NCBI GenBank assembly: GCA_963787125.1
Contig: CAWBBV010000011.1
Coordinates: forward strand, 96,001-160,000
DNA: 64,000 nucleotides
Direction of reading: 5' to 3'
Origin: an uncultured delta proteobacterium
GTDB taxonomy: Bacteria; Desulfobacterota; Desulfuromonadia; Geobacterales; DSM-12255
Position 1 is the first letter of the stretch. Each line of letters opens with the position of its first letter. The notes below the pieces were generated by a model. The model was not told where the DNA came from, ran no database searches, and saw nothing but the letters and a program-made list of their open reading frames with translations. A program made the position numbers and the translations under genes. This document shows positions 47,498-55,522 of this stretch, piece by piece.

Positions 47498-49409
47498 CGA
47501 AAATCTGGCAAATATCCTTGCTCGATTAATGGAGTCCAAAGGGCACAGCGTCACAACTGCCAAAAGTGGTGCGCAAGCAGCCAGGCTTCTTGCCGCCGAG
47601 CCGTTTGACATTTTGCTCCTCGATCTGGGTCTGCCCGAGATAAACGGCGTAGAACTGCTGCAGAAGATCCGCAAATCCTCCAGATTCGCCACGCTCCCTG
47701 TCATCATCATCACCGGACTCTACAAGGGTGAAAAGTACTCTCAGGCAGCAGTGAAACTCGGCATAAATCATTATCTTGAAAAACCTTTCAGTAAAGAAAC
47801 GCTTGAATCTGCCCTCAACGACACAATCGCAACTATCAAGCCATCCGGAAAAATAACAACCCTGCTGGAGCAGCTGCTTTCAATCTACAACAACAGACTG
47901 AGCGGCCTGTTGACAATTGGCGAATCGTCCCCGGTCGCCTTTGTAAAGGGTGAACCATCGTCATTTCTGGCAAGAGGGCGGACAGACTTTGCTGATTTTC
48001 TCCTGGCAAAAGGGAAGATCAACCGCGAAGACCGGCAAACTTTTCTGGAAGGAAATGGAGAGCGGATCTTCTTTACCGAAGCGGGAATCCTGACCTTCGA
48101 CGAACTCCAGAGCGAATCCCAGCTCTTTTTAACGAAGTTGCTGCTGGATCATCTGCTTAAAGCTGAAGGGGTTGCGTTTGCCCAGGGAGCCGGAGTGGAC
48201 GAACCACCTCTGCTGCACCTGTCTGTGCCCAAGCTGCTTTACGATGCAGTCAAGCTCTTTCCCGAACAGTTTCAGGCGCAAAAGTTCCTCACGCAAAAAG
48301 CGGACCTGATTCCCGCCAGGACAGCCCTTTTTTACCGCCGCGCCAACCTGATAACCATGCGTGAGACCGACATCACTCTCCTTGAAAAGATTAATGGGCA
48401 GAGAACCGTTACCGAGCTGTTAGGCGCCGCTGACATGGCCCATGACGCCGCCATTTTCATGCATTTCCTCCACCTGATGGGGATGATATCCCTGAGGGAA
48501 ACAGCCGGAGACGAAGCTTCACCGGACTTCCCCCTCAAGGCTCTTTTCAACCGGCCCATCGATGAAGACAGCCACACAGAAGAGCTTTTAATAGATTTCG
48601 ATGACATTGTTGATGCGGTCGCTGATAATGTCGTCATGGCAATGGGGAGCAATGACATGGCCGCCCCGCTCTCTGAAAAAGAGATCGGTTTTGAACAGGC
48701 TGTCCTGAGGGAGTACTCCCAGATCAAGGACAAGGATTATTATGCAATTTTCGGAATGACCCCGGCAAAATTCAGCTTCATTACTTTAAAAGAGGCTTAT
48801 TTTGCCAAGGCCAAAGCCTATTCACCCGAACGCTTCATGGAGCTCTCAGGCCCGACTTCAGCCACGGCGCAGGAGATCCTCTCCATCTATGCAGATGCCT
48901 ACAACACCCTCTCAAACATAGTTGCCAAGGAGCGTTATGACGAAATGCTCCATGACAACCAGACTCTCGGCATTGACGGCAAAAAGGACGGCCAGCTGCA
49001 TGCAAGAATTCAGTTTCAGTCCGGCAAGGTCTTCCTCGAAATGGGCGAGTATGAAAATGCCGAAAAGGCCCTGCAGGAGGCCTACACCCTTGCCCCTGAC
49101 AGCAGCGGCCATGCAGCATTTCTGGCCTGGGCTATCTACAACAACAAAGCTAACAGCCGCTCTAAAGCCGCGCTGGAAAAGGCCCGGTCGCTCCTGACAA
49201 AAGCACTGCAGATTGAAAAAAGCGCCGAAGCCTTTGCCTTCAGGGGCTGGATGCTTTTTGACGAAGGGCGCGACGGTTTGGCGGAAAGCGAATTTCTCAA
49301 GGCTTTGCGGCTAAACCCGAAGGAGCCGACTGCGCTGAAAGGGATGAAGCTGGTAAATGAGAAGCGTGACGGTGAGAAGAAAGGTGTTTTGCGAAGATTT
49401 TTCAGCTAA
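47466..49409 (+). CDS. Response regulator with a degenerate J-domain and TPR repeats
   Basis: N-terminal REC, KDYYAIFG...AYNTLS...RYD J-domain pattern, C-terminal TPRs. Confidence 0.82.
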   Translation: MTVRILLAEDNENLANILARLMESKGHSVTTAKSGAQAARLLAAEPFDILLLDLGLPEINGVELLQKIRKSSRFATLPVIIITGLYKGEKYSQAAVKLGINHYLEKPFSKETLESALNDTIATIKPSGKITTLLEQLLSIYNNRLSGLLTIGESSPVAFVKGEPSSFLARGRTDFADFLLAKGKINREDRQTFLEGNGERIFFTEAGILTFDELQSESQLFLTKLLLDHLLKAEGVAFAQGAGVDEPPLLHLSVPKLLYDAVKLFPEQFQAQKFLTQKADLIPARTALFYRRANLITMRETDITLLEKINGQRTVTELLGAADMAHDAAIFMHFLHLMGMISLRETAGDEASPDFPLKALFNRPIDEDSHTEELLIDFDDIVDAVADNVVMAMGSNDMAAPLSEKEIGFEQAVLREYSQIKDKDYYAIFGMTPAKFSFITLKEAYFAKAKAYSPERFMELSGPTSATAQEILSIYADAYNTLSNIVAKERYDEMLHDNQTLGIDGKKDGQLHARIQFQSGKVFLEMGEYENAEKALQEAYTLAPDSSGHAAFLAWAIYNNKANSRSKAALEKARSLLTKALQIEKSAEAFAFRGWMLFDEGRDGLAESEFLKALRLNPKEPTALKGMKLVNEKRDGEKKGVLRRFFS

Positions 49410-49428
49410 CCAAGCAAAAGGGGGAATT

Positions 49429-50181
49429 ATGTCAAACGTACTTGTAATAACTATAGTTACTGCATCCCTGACTCTATTCGCGGGGCTCTCGCTGGCCGAA
49501 ACCATGCCGGTGCCGACTGCCGGTCGTGGCCCGGCAGTCATGAAAAAATCGAAAGGCGAACTGGCTGATCCGGACAACAGACTTAAGCTGATGAAGGAGA
49601 GTCTTGCCCTTTCAGACGAGCAGGTAACAAAGATCAGACCACTGATTGTTGCCGAACAGGCCGAACTGGAGAAACTGCGCGGTGACAGCACTCTTAACAG
49701 AGATCAGCGCCGGGCAAAACTGCAGGAACTCAACAAGAGCACTTCAGAAAAAGTCAGAGAGCTGCTCACTCCTGAGCAGCAGAAAAAACAGGATGCCATC
49801 AAAGCCAAAATTACTGAGAACCGCGCCAAGGCTCGCAGCTCTAGGCCGGCCGGAGGGGTGCCGGCAGAATTCACCCCGGAAAAGAGAATTGTCAGACTGA
49901 CTGAGCACCTGGCGCTGACAAAAGAGCAGCAACAGCAGATCATGCCGCTCCTTCAGGATGAGTACACGCAGCTGAAAACTCTCCCTGCCAATGATAGCTA
50001 CAATCGCGACCAGCGCAGGGCAAAGCTCCAGCAGATCACCCAGGAGACCAACGCCAGGCTGATGCCGCTACTGACCCCCGAACAACAGAAAAAATATAAA
50101 GAGACCAGAGAAAAAATCATAGACCGCCGTTCACAGAAGAAAAGAGGCGGCGAAAAAGGGCAGGAAAGAGAAAAACAGTAA
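49429..50181 (+). CDS. Exported protein with two tandem Spy/CpxP-like (LTxxQ) domains
   Basis: Signal peptide; LALSDEQ...LLTPEQQKK and LALTKEQ...LLTPEQQKK. Confidence 0.75.
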   Translation: MSNVLVITIVTASLTLFAGLSLAETMPVPTAGRGPAVMKKSKGELADPDNRLKLMKESLALSDEQVTKIRPLIVAEQAELEKLRGDSTLNRDQRRAKLQELNKSTSEKVRELLTPEQQKKQDAIKAKITENRAKARSSRPAGGVPAEFTPEKRIVRLTEHLALTKEQQQQIMPLLQDEYTQLKTLPANDSYNRDQRRAKLQQITQETNARLMPLLTPEQQKKYKETREKIIDRRSQKKRGGEKGQEREKQ

Positions 50182-50190
50182 ACTGACCGG

Positions 50191-50308
50191 TTATTCCAAT
50201 GCCAGACCAAGAGTGATATCAAGGCGGCGAGGATTGCGGACAGACAGTACCTTTTAGGAGCCGAAGACGAGCCAACGAAGGTAGCGCCTTGATCTGGAAT
50301 TGGCATTA
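50191..50308. mobile_element. ~118 bp miniature inverted-repeat element (MITE/ERIC-like)
   Basis: Terminal inverted repeats ttattccaatgccagaccaag / cttgatctggaattggcatta (17/21 match), non-coding, intergenic. Confidence 0.6.
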
Positions 50309-50368
50309 CGAATTGACAGCAGCAGTTTCAAAGTGTAATAACTACAGTTCATTTTTCAGGAGGATTTC

Positions 50369-50659
50369 ATGATTGTCCATATAGTTCTATTCAAGCTGAC
50401 TGAACCAACCGCCGCCAATGCTACCGCTGTCAAAGAGATGCTGCTCAGCATGAGCGGCAAAGTCCCGATGCTGCGCCACCTTGAGGTCGGCACCGATGTC
50501 GTTCACTCCGAGCGCTCTTACGACGTTGCCCTCTACACCAAGTTCGACACCCTTGCCGAGCTTCAGGCTTATCAGGTTTATCCGTATCATGCCGAAACGG
50601 TTGTGCCGTTCATGAAAGCTAACTGTGCGGCTATTGTCGCTGCAGATTACGATATTTAG
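50369..50659 (+). CDS. Dabb-family stress-responsive alpha/beta barrel protein
   Basis: MIVHIVLFKL, LEVGTD, AYQVYPYH. Confidence 0.88.
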   Translation: MIVHIVLFKLTEPTAANATAVKEMLLSMSGKVPMLRHLEVGTDVVHSERSYDVALYTKFDTLAELQAYQVYPYHAETVVPFMKANCAAIVAADYDI

Positions 50660-50679
50660 ACACATAGGGAGAGATTCAG

Positions 50680-51165
50680 ATGGCAGCAGAGATCTGCCCA
50701 TGCGGCAGCAAACTAACTTTTGATAAATGCTGTGAACCCCTGATTAAAGGGGCTTCCCAGGCGACTACCGCAGAGAGCCTCATGCGCTCGCGTTACACCG
50801 CCTACGTCAAAGCCGAAATAGACTACCTCTACGCAACCACGCACCCGGATCACTGCAAAGGCTATGACCATGAAGGGACGCGCAAATGGGCAGAAAGCTC
50901 GGAATGGCTGGGGCTTGAGATCGTCAGCAGTCGGGGGGGGGAAGATGATTCTCTCGGCGAAGTGGAGTTCATCGCCAGATTCAGCGATGAGGGGGCTGAG
51001 ACGGTCCATCACGAACTGGGAAAATTCAGAAAACTTGAAGGGAAATGGTATTTCACCGACGGGAAGATGGTGACATCCAAGCCGCTCATCAGCACCAAGA
51101 TCGGCAGGAATGACCCCTGCCCTTGTGGCAGCGGCAGCAAGTACAAAAAGTGCTGCGGTAAATAG
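50680..51165 (+). CDS. YchJ-family SEC-C motif protein
   Basis: [39 protein letters not shown]. Confidence 0.93.
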   Translation: MAAEICPCGSKLTFDKCCEPLIKGASQATTAESLMRSRYTAYVKAEIDYLYATTHPDHCKGYDHEGTRKWAESSEWLGLEIVSSRGGEDDSLGEVEFIARFSDEGAETVHHELGKFRKLEGKWYFTDGKMVTSKPLISTKIGRNDPCPCGSGSKYKKCCGK

Positions 51166-51186
51166 CTGAAAATCCCTTTTCTGAAG

Positions 51187-51219
51187 AAGAGCTCCGCACC
51201 AGCTGCGGAGCTCTTTTTT
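51187..51219. terminator. Rho-independent terminator between convergent genes
   Basis: AAGAGCTCCGCA-CCAGC-TGCGGAGCTCTT then T run. Confidence 0.85.
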
Positions 51220-52303
51220 ATTGAACCAGCTTCAAAAGCTGCTTCCACTTGAGCAGAAAGCCACGTTTAAGGCCGGCCTGATTAAATCTTGCCACTTCAT
51301 CGCCTGTGCTGATAACTTTGAGCACCTGAGCTGACGGCAACACGCCACCCTGCTTTTTCATCTCCCCGCCAACCAGATCGTTTCTGACCGGAAAAAGATT
51401 ACAACCTGCCGCTATCAGCTGCTGTGCCTGGGCAGAGCGGATGAATTCAATCCAGAGCATTGCCGCATTAGGGTGGGTGGCAACTTTGGTGATAAAAGTA
51501 GTCTGGGGGATTAACAGCGTGTAGTCAACCATGTAGATCCAACCGATATTTGCATCCGTCCCGACTACTTGCAGAACCACGGCCAGGGGCAGATTGTAAC
51601 CTGCCAAAACTTCGCCACTGCCGATCCGCTCAAGCAGCGTCCGGTAATCCGGATAAAGCTTCAGCCCGGCATCACCGAACTTGCGCACCAAACCCCAGAA
51701 GTTCTGCCCATAAGCCAGATCCTGAGTCAGCAGCAGAAAAGCCCGGCCGCTTTTTTCCGGGTCGACGGTGCCGAGCTTCTCTTGCCAGCGCTTATCGGCA
51801 AGAGCTTTAACCAGAGCGCTGCGTGTTTTTGGCAGCTCTTTTTCAGCCAGCAGTTTTTTGTTGTAGGCCATCACCACCGGCTCAAAACCGGTCACATAGG
51901 CCACGTCCCCCAGATTTGCCAGGGCGGCGATATTACTGCTTTCTGTCGGGTGATATTTGAGGGAAAAGCCGTCTCTTACCAGCGCCGCCTGCAGGGAGAT
52001 CTCTCCGCTCCAGAGGATATCGGCAGATACTTTTCGCGCCCCCAGATCGCGCTGATAATGATTAAAAACCTCCGCACTATCCATATCGATATAATCGACC
52101 TTTACCCCCGGATACAGCGAATTGAACTCTTTTACCAGCGCCGCAGCGACCTTTGGGGCAATCGCCCCGTAAATATAAAGATTCCCCTCTTTGACGGCAG
52201 CAGCAGTAATTTCAGCAGTCACTGCAGCAGCAAAAACCGTGGAAGTCGGCAGGAACAGGATTACCAGCAATGCCAGCGGCAGAAAAGTTTTACGCAGAAA
52301 CAT
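51218..52303 (-). CDS. ABC-type substrate-binding protein (AfuA/FbpA-like fold)
   Basis: Signal peptide, AAVKEGNLYIYG, YNKKLL, HPNAAMLWIEFIRS. Confidence 0.82.
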   Translation of the reverse strand: MFLRKTFLPLALLVILFLPTSTVFAAAVTAEITAAAVKEGNLYIYGAIAPKVAAALVKEFNSLYPGVKVDYIDMDSAEVFNHYQRDLGARKVSADILWSGEISLQAALVRDGFSLKYHPTESSNIAALANLGDVAYVTGFEPVVMAYNKKLLAEKELPKTRSALVKALADKRWQEKLGTVDPEKSGRAFLLLTQDLAYGQNFWGLVRKFGDAGLKLYPDYRTLLERIGSGEVLAGYNLPLAVVLQVVGTDANIGWIYMVDYTLLIPQTTFITKVATHPNAAMLWIEFIRSAQAQQLIAAGCNLFPVRNDLVGGEMKKQGGVLPSAQVLKVISTGDEVARFNQAGLKRGFLLKWKQLLKLVQ

Positions 52304-52333
52304 CAGCTCACCTCTAATAATTTATTTCCGGGT

Positions 52334-53614
52334 TTACTCTCCCAGTGTCCCCATGGTCCAGTCAAGGTTAATCCTGGCGACCAGATAGTCGGTGGCAGCC
52401 CTGGCCCGGTTGATCTGGGCCTGGAGAAGATTGGTCTGGGCGTCATCGACTTCGAGACGGATCTTCACCCCGTACTCGTAACCTTTCTCTGCCATCTGCA
52501 GCAACCTCTCCGCCTGCTTGACCGTTCCGGAAAGCGCCGTCAGAATCTCGGACGCCTCCTTGACGTCGTTCAACGCTGTCCGGACCTCCAGTCTGATGCT
52601 GTCGATCAGCTTCAGTTTTTCTATCTCCCCGGTTGCCAGATCACTTTTTGCCTGGGTAACTTTGCCGTCTGTCCTCATGCCGTCGAAAAACGGAAAGGAA
52701 AGATGAACACCGATGCTCCAGGAAGGACCGTCGCTCCTGAGATTATCCAGTTCGAGCTGATGCCAGCCGGCCCCACCTTTCAAGTCGAGTCGCGGCTTAT
52801 TGTCTGCGGCAGCAATGTTTACCAGTTCACCGTAGATACCGATCCGATAGCCAATATCTATAAGTTCCGGACGACTGGTAAGCGCCGTTTTGATGGCATC
52901 TTCAAAGACAGCTGTTGCAGAGACAGTGGGATCGAGGCTACCGACAGCATCAACCTCTTCGTCGGCAATTGCCAGGTGATAGCGCAGTCTCTCCCTGGTC
53001 AGCTTGAGGAGATTCTCCCCGCGGATAACTGCCGGGAGAGAATTTTCAACCGCGACTTCTGCGGCGAGGATGTCGTAGTCAGTGGCAACACCGGCGGCAA
53101 ACCGTTTTTGCGCTTCCTCGGCATGCCTCTGTTTCTGTTTCCGATTCTCACCGGCAACACGCAACAACTCTTTCGAGAGGAGGAGGTTATAAAACGTCAC
53201 CGTCACATCCCGTCTGGCAGCCTGCCGCGCCATTCTGAGCTGCTCTGCAGAAGTTTTCATGCCGATTTCGGCAGCACGGATGGCAGCACCGATTTTCCCC
53301 CAGGTATAAAGGGGCTGGGTAAGCGACAAGCCGACGAGGCTGTCATACTGGGTTACTTCTCCACCTCTTGCTTTTGGCTGACCATTGTCACGCAGCGCGA
53401 CATAGGAGCCGTTAAGGCCCAGCTGGGGAAGGGCTGCCGCGCGTTCTTCGACATATTTCCCCTCCACATAACGGGCATACTCTCCGGCCTTGGCAATATC
53501 GCGGTTCTTCTCCAGAGCGATAGCAACTGCCTGATCCAGTGTCAGGGTGCGGGTTGCAGCGGCTGCGTTTGAAACAAACGCAAAGAGCAGCAGAAAGATT
53601 ACAAAGTATTTCAA
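52334..53614 (-). CDS. TolC-family outer-membrane efflux protein
   Basis: LTLDQAVAIALEKN, LTQPLYTWG, duplicated OEP pattern. Confidence 0.92.
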   Translation of the reverse strand: MKYFVIFLLLFAFVSNAAAATRTLTLDQAVAIALEKNRDIAKAGEYARYVEGKYVEERAAALPQLGLNGSYVALRDNGQPKARGGEVTQYDSLVGLSLTQPLYTWGKIGAAIRAAEIGMKTSAEQLRMARQAARRDVTVTFYNLLLSKELLRVAGENRKQKQRHAEEAQKRFAAGVATDYDILAAEVAVENSLPAVIRGENLLKLTRERLRYHLAIADEEVDAVGSLDPTVSATAVFEDAIKTALTSRPELIDIGYRIGIYGELVNIAAADNKPRLDLKGGAGWHQLELDNLRSDGPSWSIGVHLSFPFFDGMRTDGKVTQAKSDLATGEIEKLKLIDSIRLEVRTALNDVKEASEILTALSGTVKQAERLLQMAEKGYEYGVKIRLEVDDAQTNLLQAQINRARAATDYLVARINLDWTMGTLGE

Positions 53615-53644
53615 GGTTGATCTCCTCTAAAGTTCATATCAAAC

Positions 53645-53764
53645 CTTAATGGAACACGGAAAAGGCGGAAAAAACGGATAACGGCGGATTAACCGTAAAA
53701 TCAAAGGGAATGCTTAAAAACTGCATTTATCCGCTGTTTCAGATTTGATCCGTGTCCTATTAAG
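53645..53764. repeat. Imperfect long inverted repeat built from ~9-mer CGGA units
   Basis: Left arm cttaatggaacacggaaaaggcggaaaaaacggataa vs reverse complement of right arm cttaataggacacggatcaaatctgaaacagcggataa. Confidence 0.65.
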
Positions 53765-55522
53765 ATTTATTGTTGATAAAACCGCCCGCCGCAAACCGCG
53801 CACCGAGTTTATCAGCCAGATTTCATCTGCCTTGACCAGATCGGCAGGGACGAGCACTGCCTCTTCAGTTGCACCTTTTTCCAGCAACTCCTGCCGCATG
53901 ACTCCTGCCAAAAGCCCGGAATCCAGCTTCGGCGTGAGCATCCTGCCGTCAATCTTCAAGAGCAGATTATGGTAACTCCCCTCGGTCAACTCACCACGTT
54001 CATTGACAAAAAGCACTTCATCCAGATCAGGTCGCTCTCTTCTGGCGGCATCAAGCGACTCCCGGCGGGTTGTCTTGTGGTAGCGGAAAGTGTCGAGTGA
54101 ATTAACCACCTGATCACTCACGGCAAGCCGTAGCAGGTCAGCGGTAAGGGTTAGCGGTTCGGCTGAGATGGCAAATTCACCGTTTTTATCCAGCAGCAGG
54201 CGCACCTTCTGCGTTCCATGCATATCAGCAGCATGACCTTCGAGAGCATTTTTTATCGCCGCCACATCAAAAGTAAAACCGAAGTAGATCGCTGAGTTGC
54301 GCAGTCGCTCCAGATGGCGCTGGAGCAGGTAATAGCTGCCGTTTTCCAGTCGCAATGATTCTATCAGACTGAAATCTGCAGCATCTTGAAAGAGAAAGGC
54401 CGACTTGGTCAGGCACTCCTGGTACTCCTCTGCTGCTTTTGAATCAGTGGTTATTCCGCTGCCGATACCCAGGGAGAGCGTCTGCCTGTCCCGGTCGAAC
54501 AGCACGGTTCTGATGGCAACCGAAAAGAGCGCCTCGCCACCGGGGGCGACATACCCGATTGCGCCGCAGTAGACGCCGCGCGGCCTCGCTTCGAGTTCGG
54601 TGATAATCTCCATGCTCCGCCGTTTGGGAGCGCCGGTGATCGAACCGCAGGGGAAGAGGGCGCTAAAAATTGCGGCAAGGCCGACCCCCTCCCTGACTGA
54701 AGCGGTCACCGTGGAGGTCAGCTGATGGAGCGTCGGGTAGGTTTCAACATCAAAAAGTGACTCAACTTTCACCGACCCGGTTGCAGCAATTATCCCCAGA
54801 TCGTTTCTGAGCAGGTCAACAATCATCAGGTTTTCAGCCCGCTCTTTCGCACTGGCCTTAAGAGCAGCTATCTGTTCCAGATCCTCTGCCAGCCAGCGCC
54901 CTCGCCTGGCAGTCCCTTTCATTGGCCGGGTCCGGAGCAGTCCGTCCTTGAGTGAAAAGAACAGTTCCGGGGAGGCGGAAGCAACAGTGAACCTGCCGGT
55001 ATCGATATAGGCGCTGTAGGAGGCGTGCTGCCCACTTGACAATTTACGGTAAAGCTCAAGCGGCCCGGCGCTGCAAGCACCGCTCAAGTTAAAAGTGTAG
55101 TTGACCTGATAGCAATCGCCGCAGGCTATGTACTCCCGGATACGTTCCACATTGCGGAGATAATTTTCACGGGAGATGTCCGGCTCAAATCCTACCCCAT
55201 CCCCTGCCGAGGGATCGTTAGGATAGTGGTGGGGTTGAGCTTCAACCCGCTCGCTGAAAAGGGCGAACCATGCCAGGGGGAAGTTCTCCAGCGGCGGGAC
55301 TGACCAAAGATCCGGATTCAGTCCGGCGGCAGCCTCGTAGGCGATGAAACCGACAGCGTGTAAACCGTCTGCAGCCGCTTTTTCAATCCGTGCCAAAAGC
55401 GGCAGAACCTCTAACGGTTCCAGCGCCTGCAGAGTTTCTACATAGCCGCTGAAACGCCAGGAGCGGCCATAATCACCGCCGCCGTATGCGTCGAGCAGGA
55501 TCAACGGCGCAGTTTCAGACAT
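53714..55522 (-). CDS. pabB: Aminodeoxychorismate synthase component I fused to an ADC-lyase/class IV aminotransferase domain
   Basis: GDCYQVNYT, SASPELFF, PMKGT, ENLMIVDLLRNDL, FPCGSITGAPK; C-terminal HLERL, HKTT, GELTEG, GLLAGVMR, NSVRG. Confidence 0.9.
   Translation of the reverse strand: MSETAPLILLDAYGGGDYGRSWRFSGYVETLQALEPLEVLPLLARIEKAAADGLHAVGFIAYEAAAGLNPDLWSVPPLENFPLAWFALFSERVEAQPHHYPNDPSAGDGVGFEPDISRENYLRNVERIREYIACGDCYQVNYTFNLSGACSAGPLELYRKLSSGQHASYSAYIDTGRFTVASASPELFFSLKDGLLRTRPMKGTARRGRWLAEDLEQIAALKASAKERAENLMIVDLLRNDLGIIAATGSVKVESLFDVETYPTLHQLTSTVTASVREGVGLAAIFSALFPCGSITGAPKRRSMEIITELEARPRGVYCGAIGYVAPGGEALFSVAIRTVLFDRDRQTLSLGIGSGITTDSKAAEEYQECLTKSAFLFQDAADFSLIESLRLENGSYYLLQRHLERLRNSAIYFGFTFDVAAIKNALEGHAADMHGTQKVRLLLDKNGEFAISAEPLTLTADLLRLAVSDQVVNSLDTFRYHKTTRRESLDAARRERPDLDEVLFVNERGELTEGSYHNLLLKIDGRMLTPKLDSGLLAGVMRQELLEKGATEEAVLVPADLVKADEIWLINSVRGLRRAVLSTINLNRTRIKSETADKCSF

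Noticed and set aside
51569..53572. 667 aa ORF on + strand
   Set aside because: Antisense shadow of tolC and the binding-protein gene; no recognisable motifs or RBS
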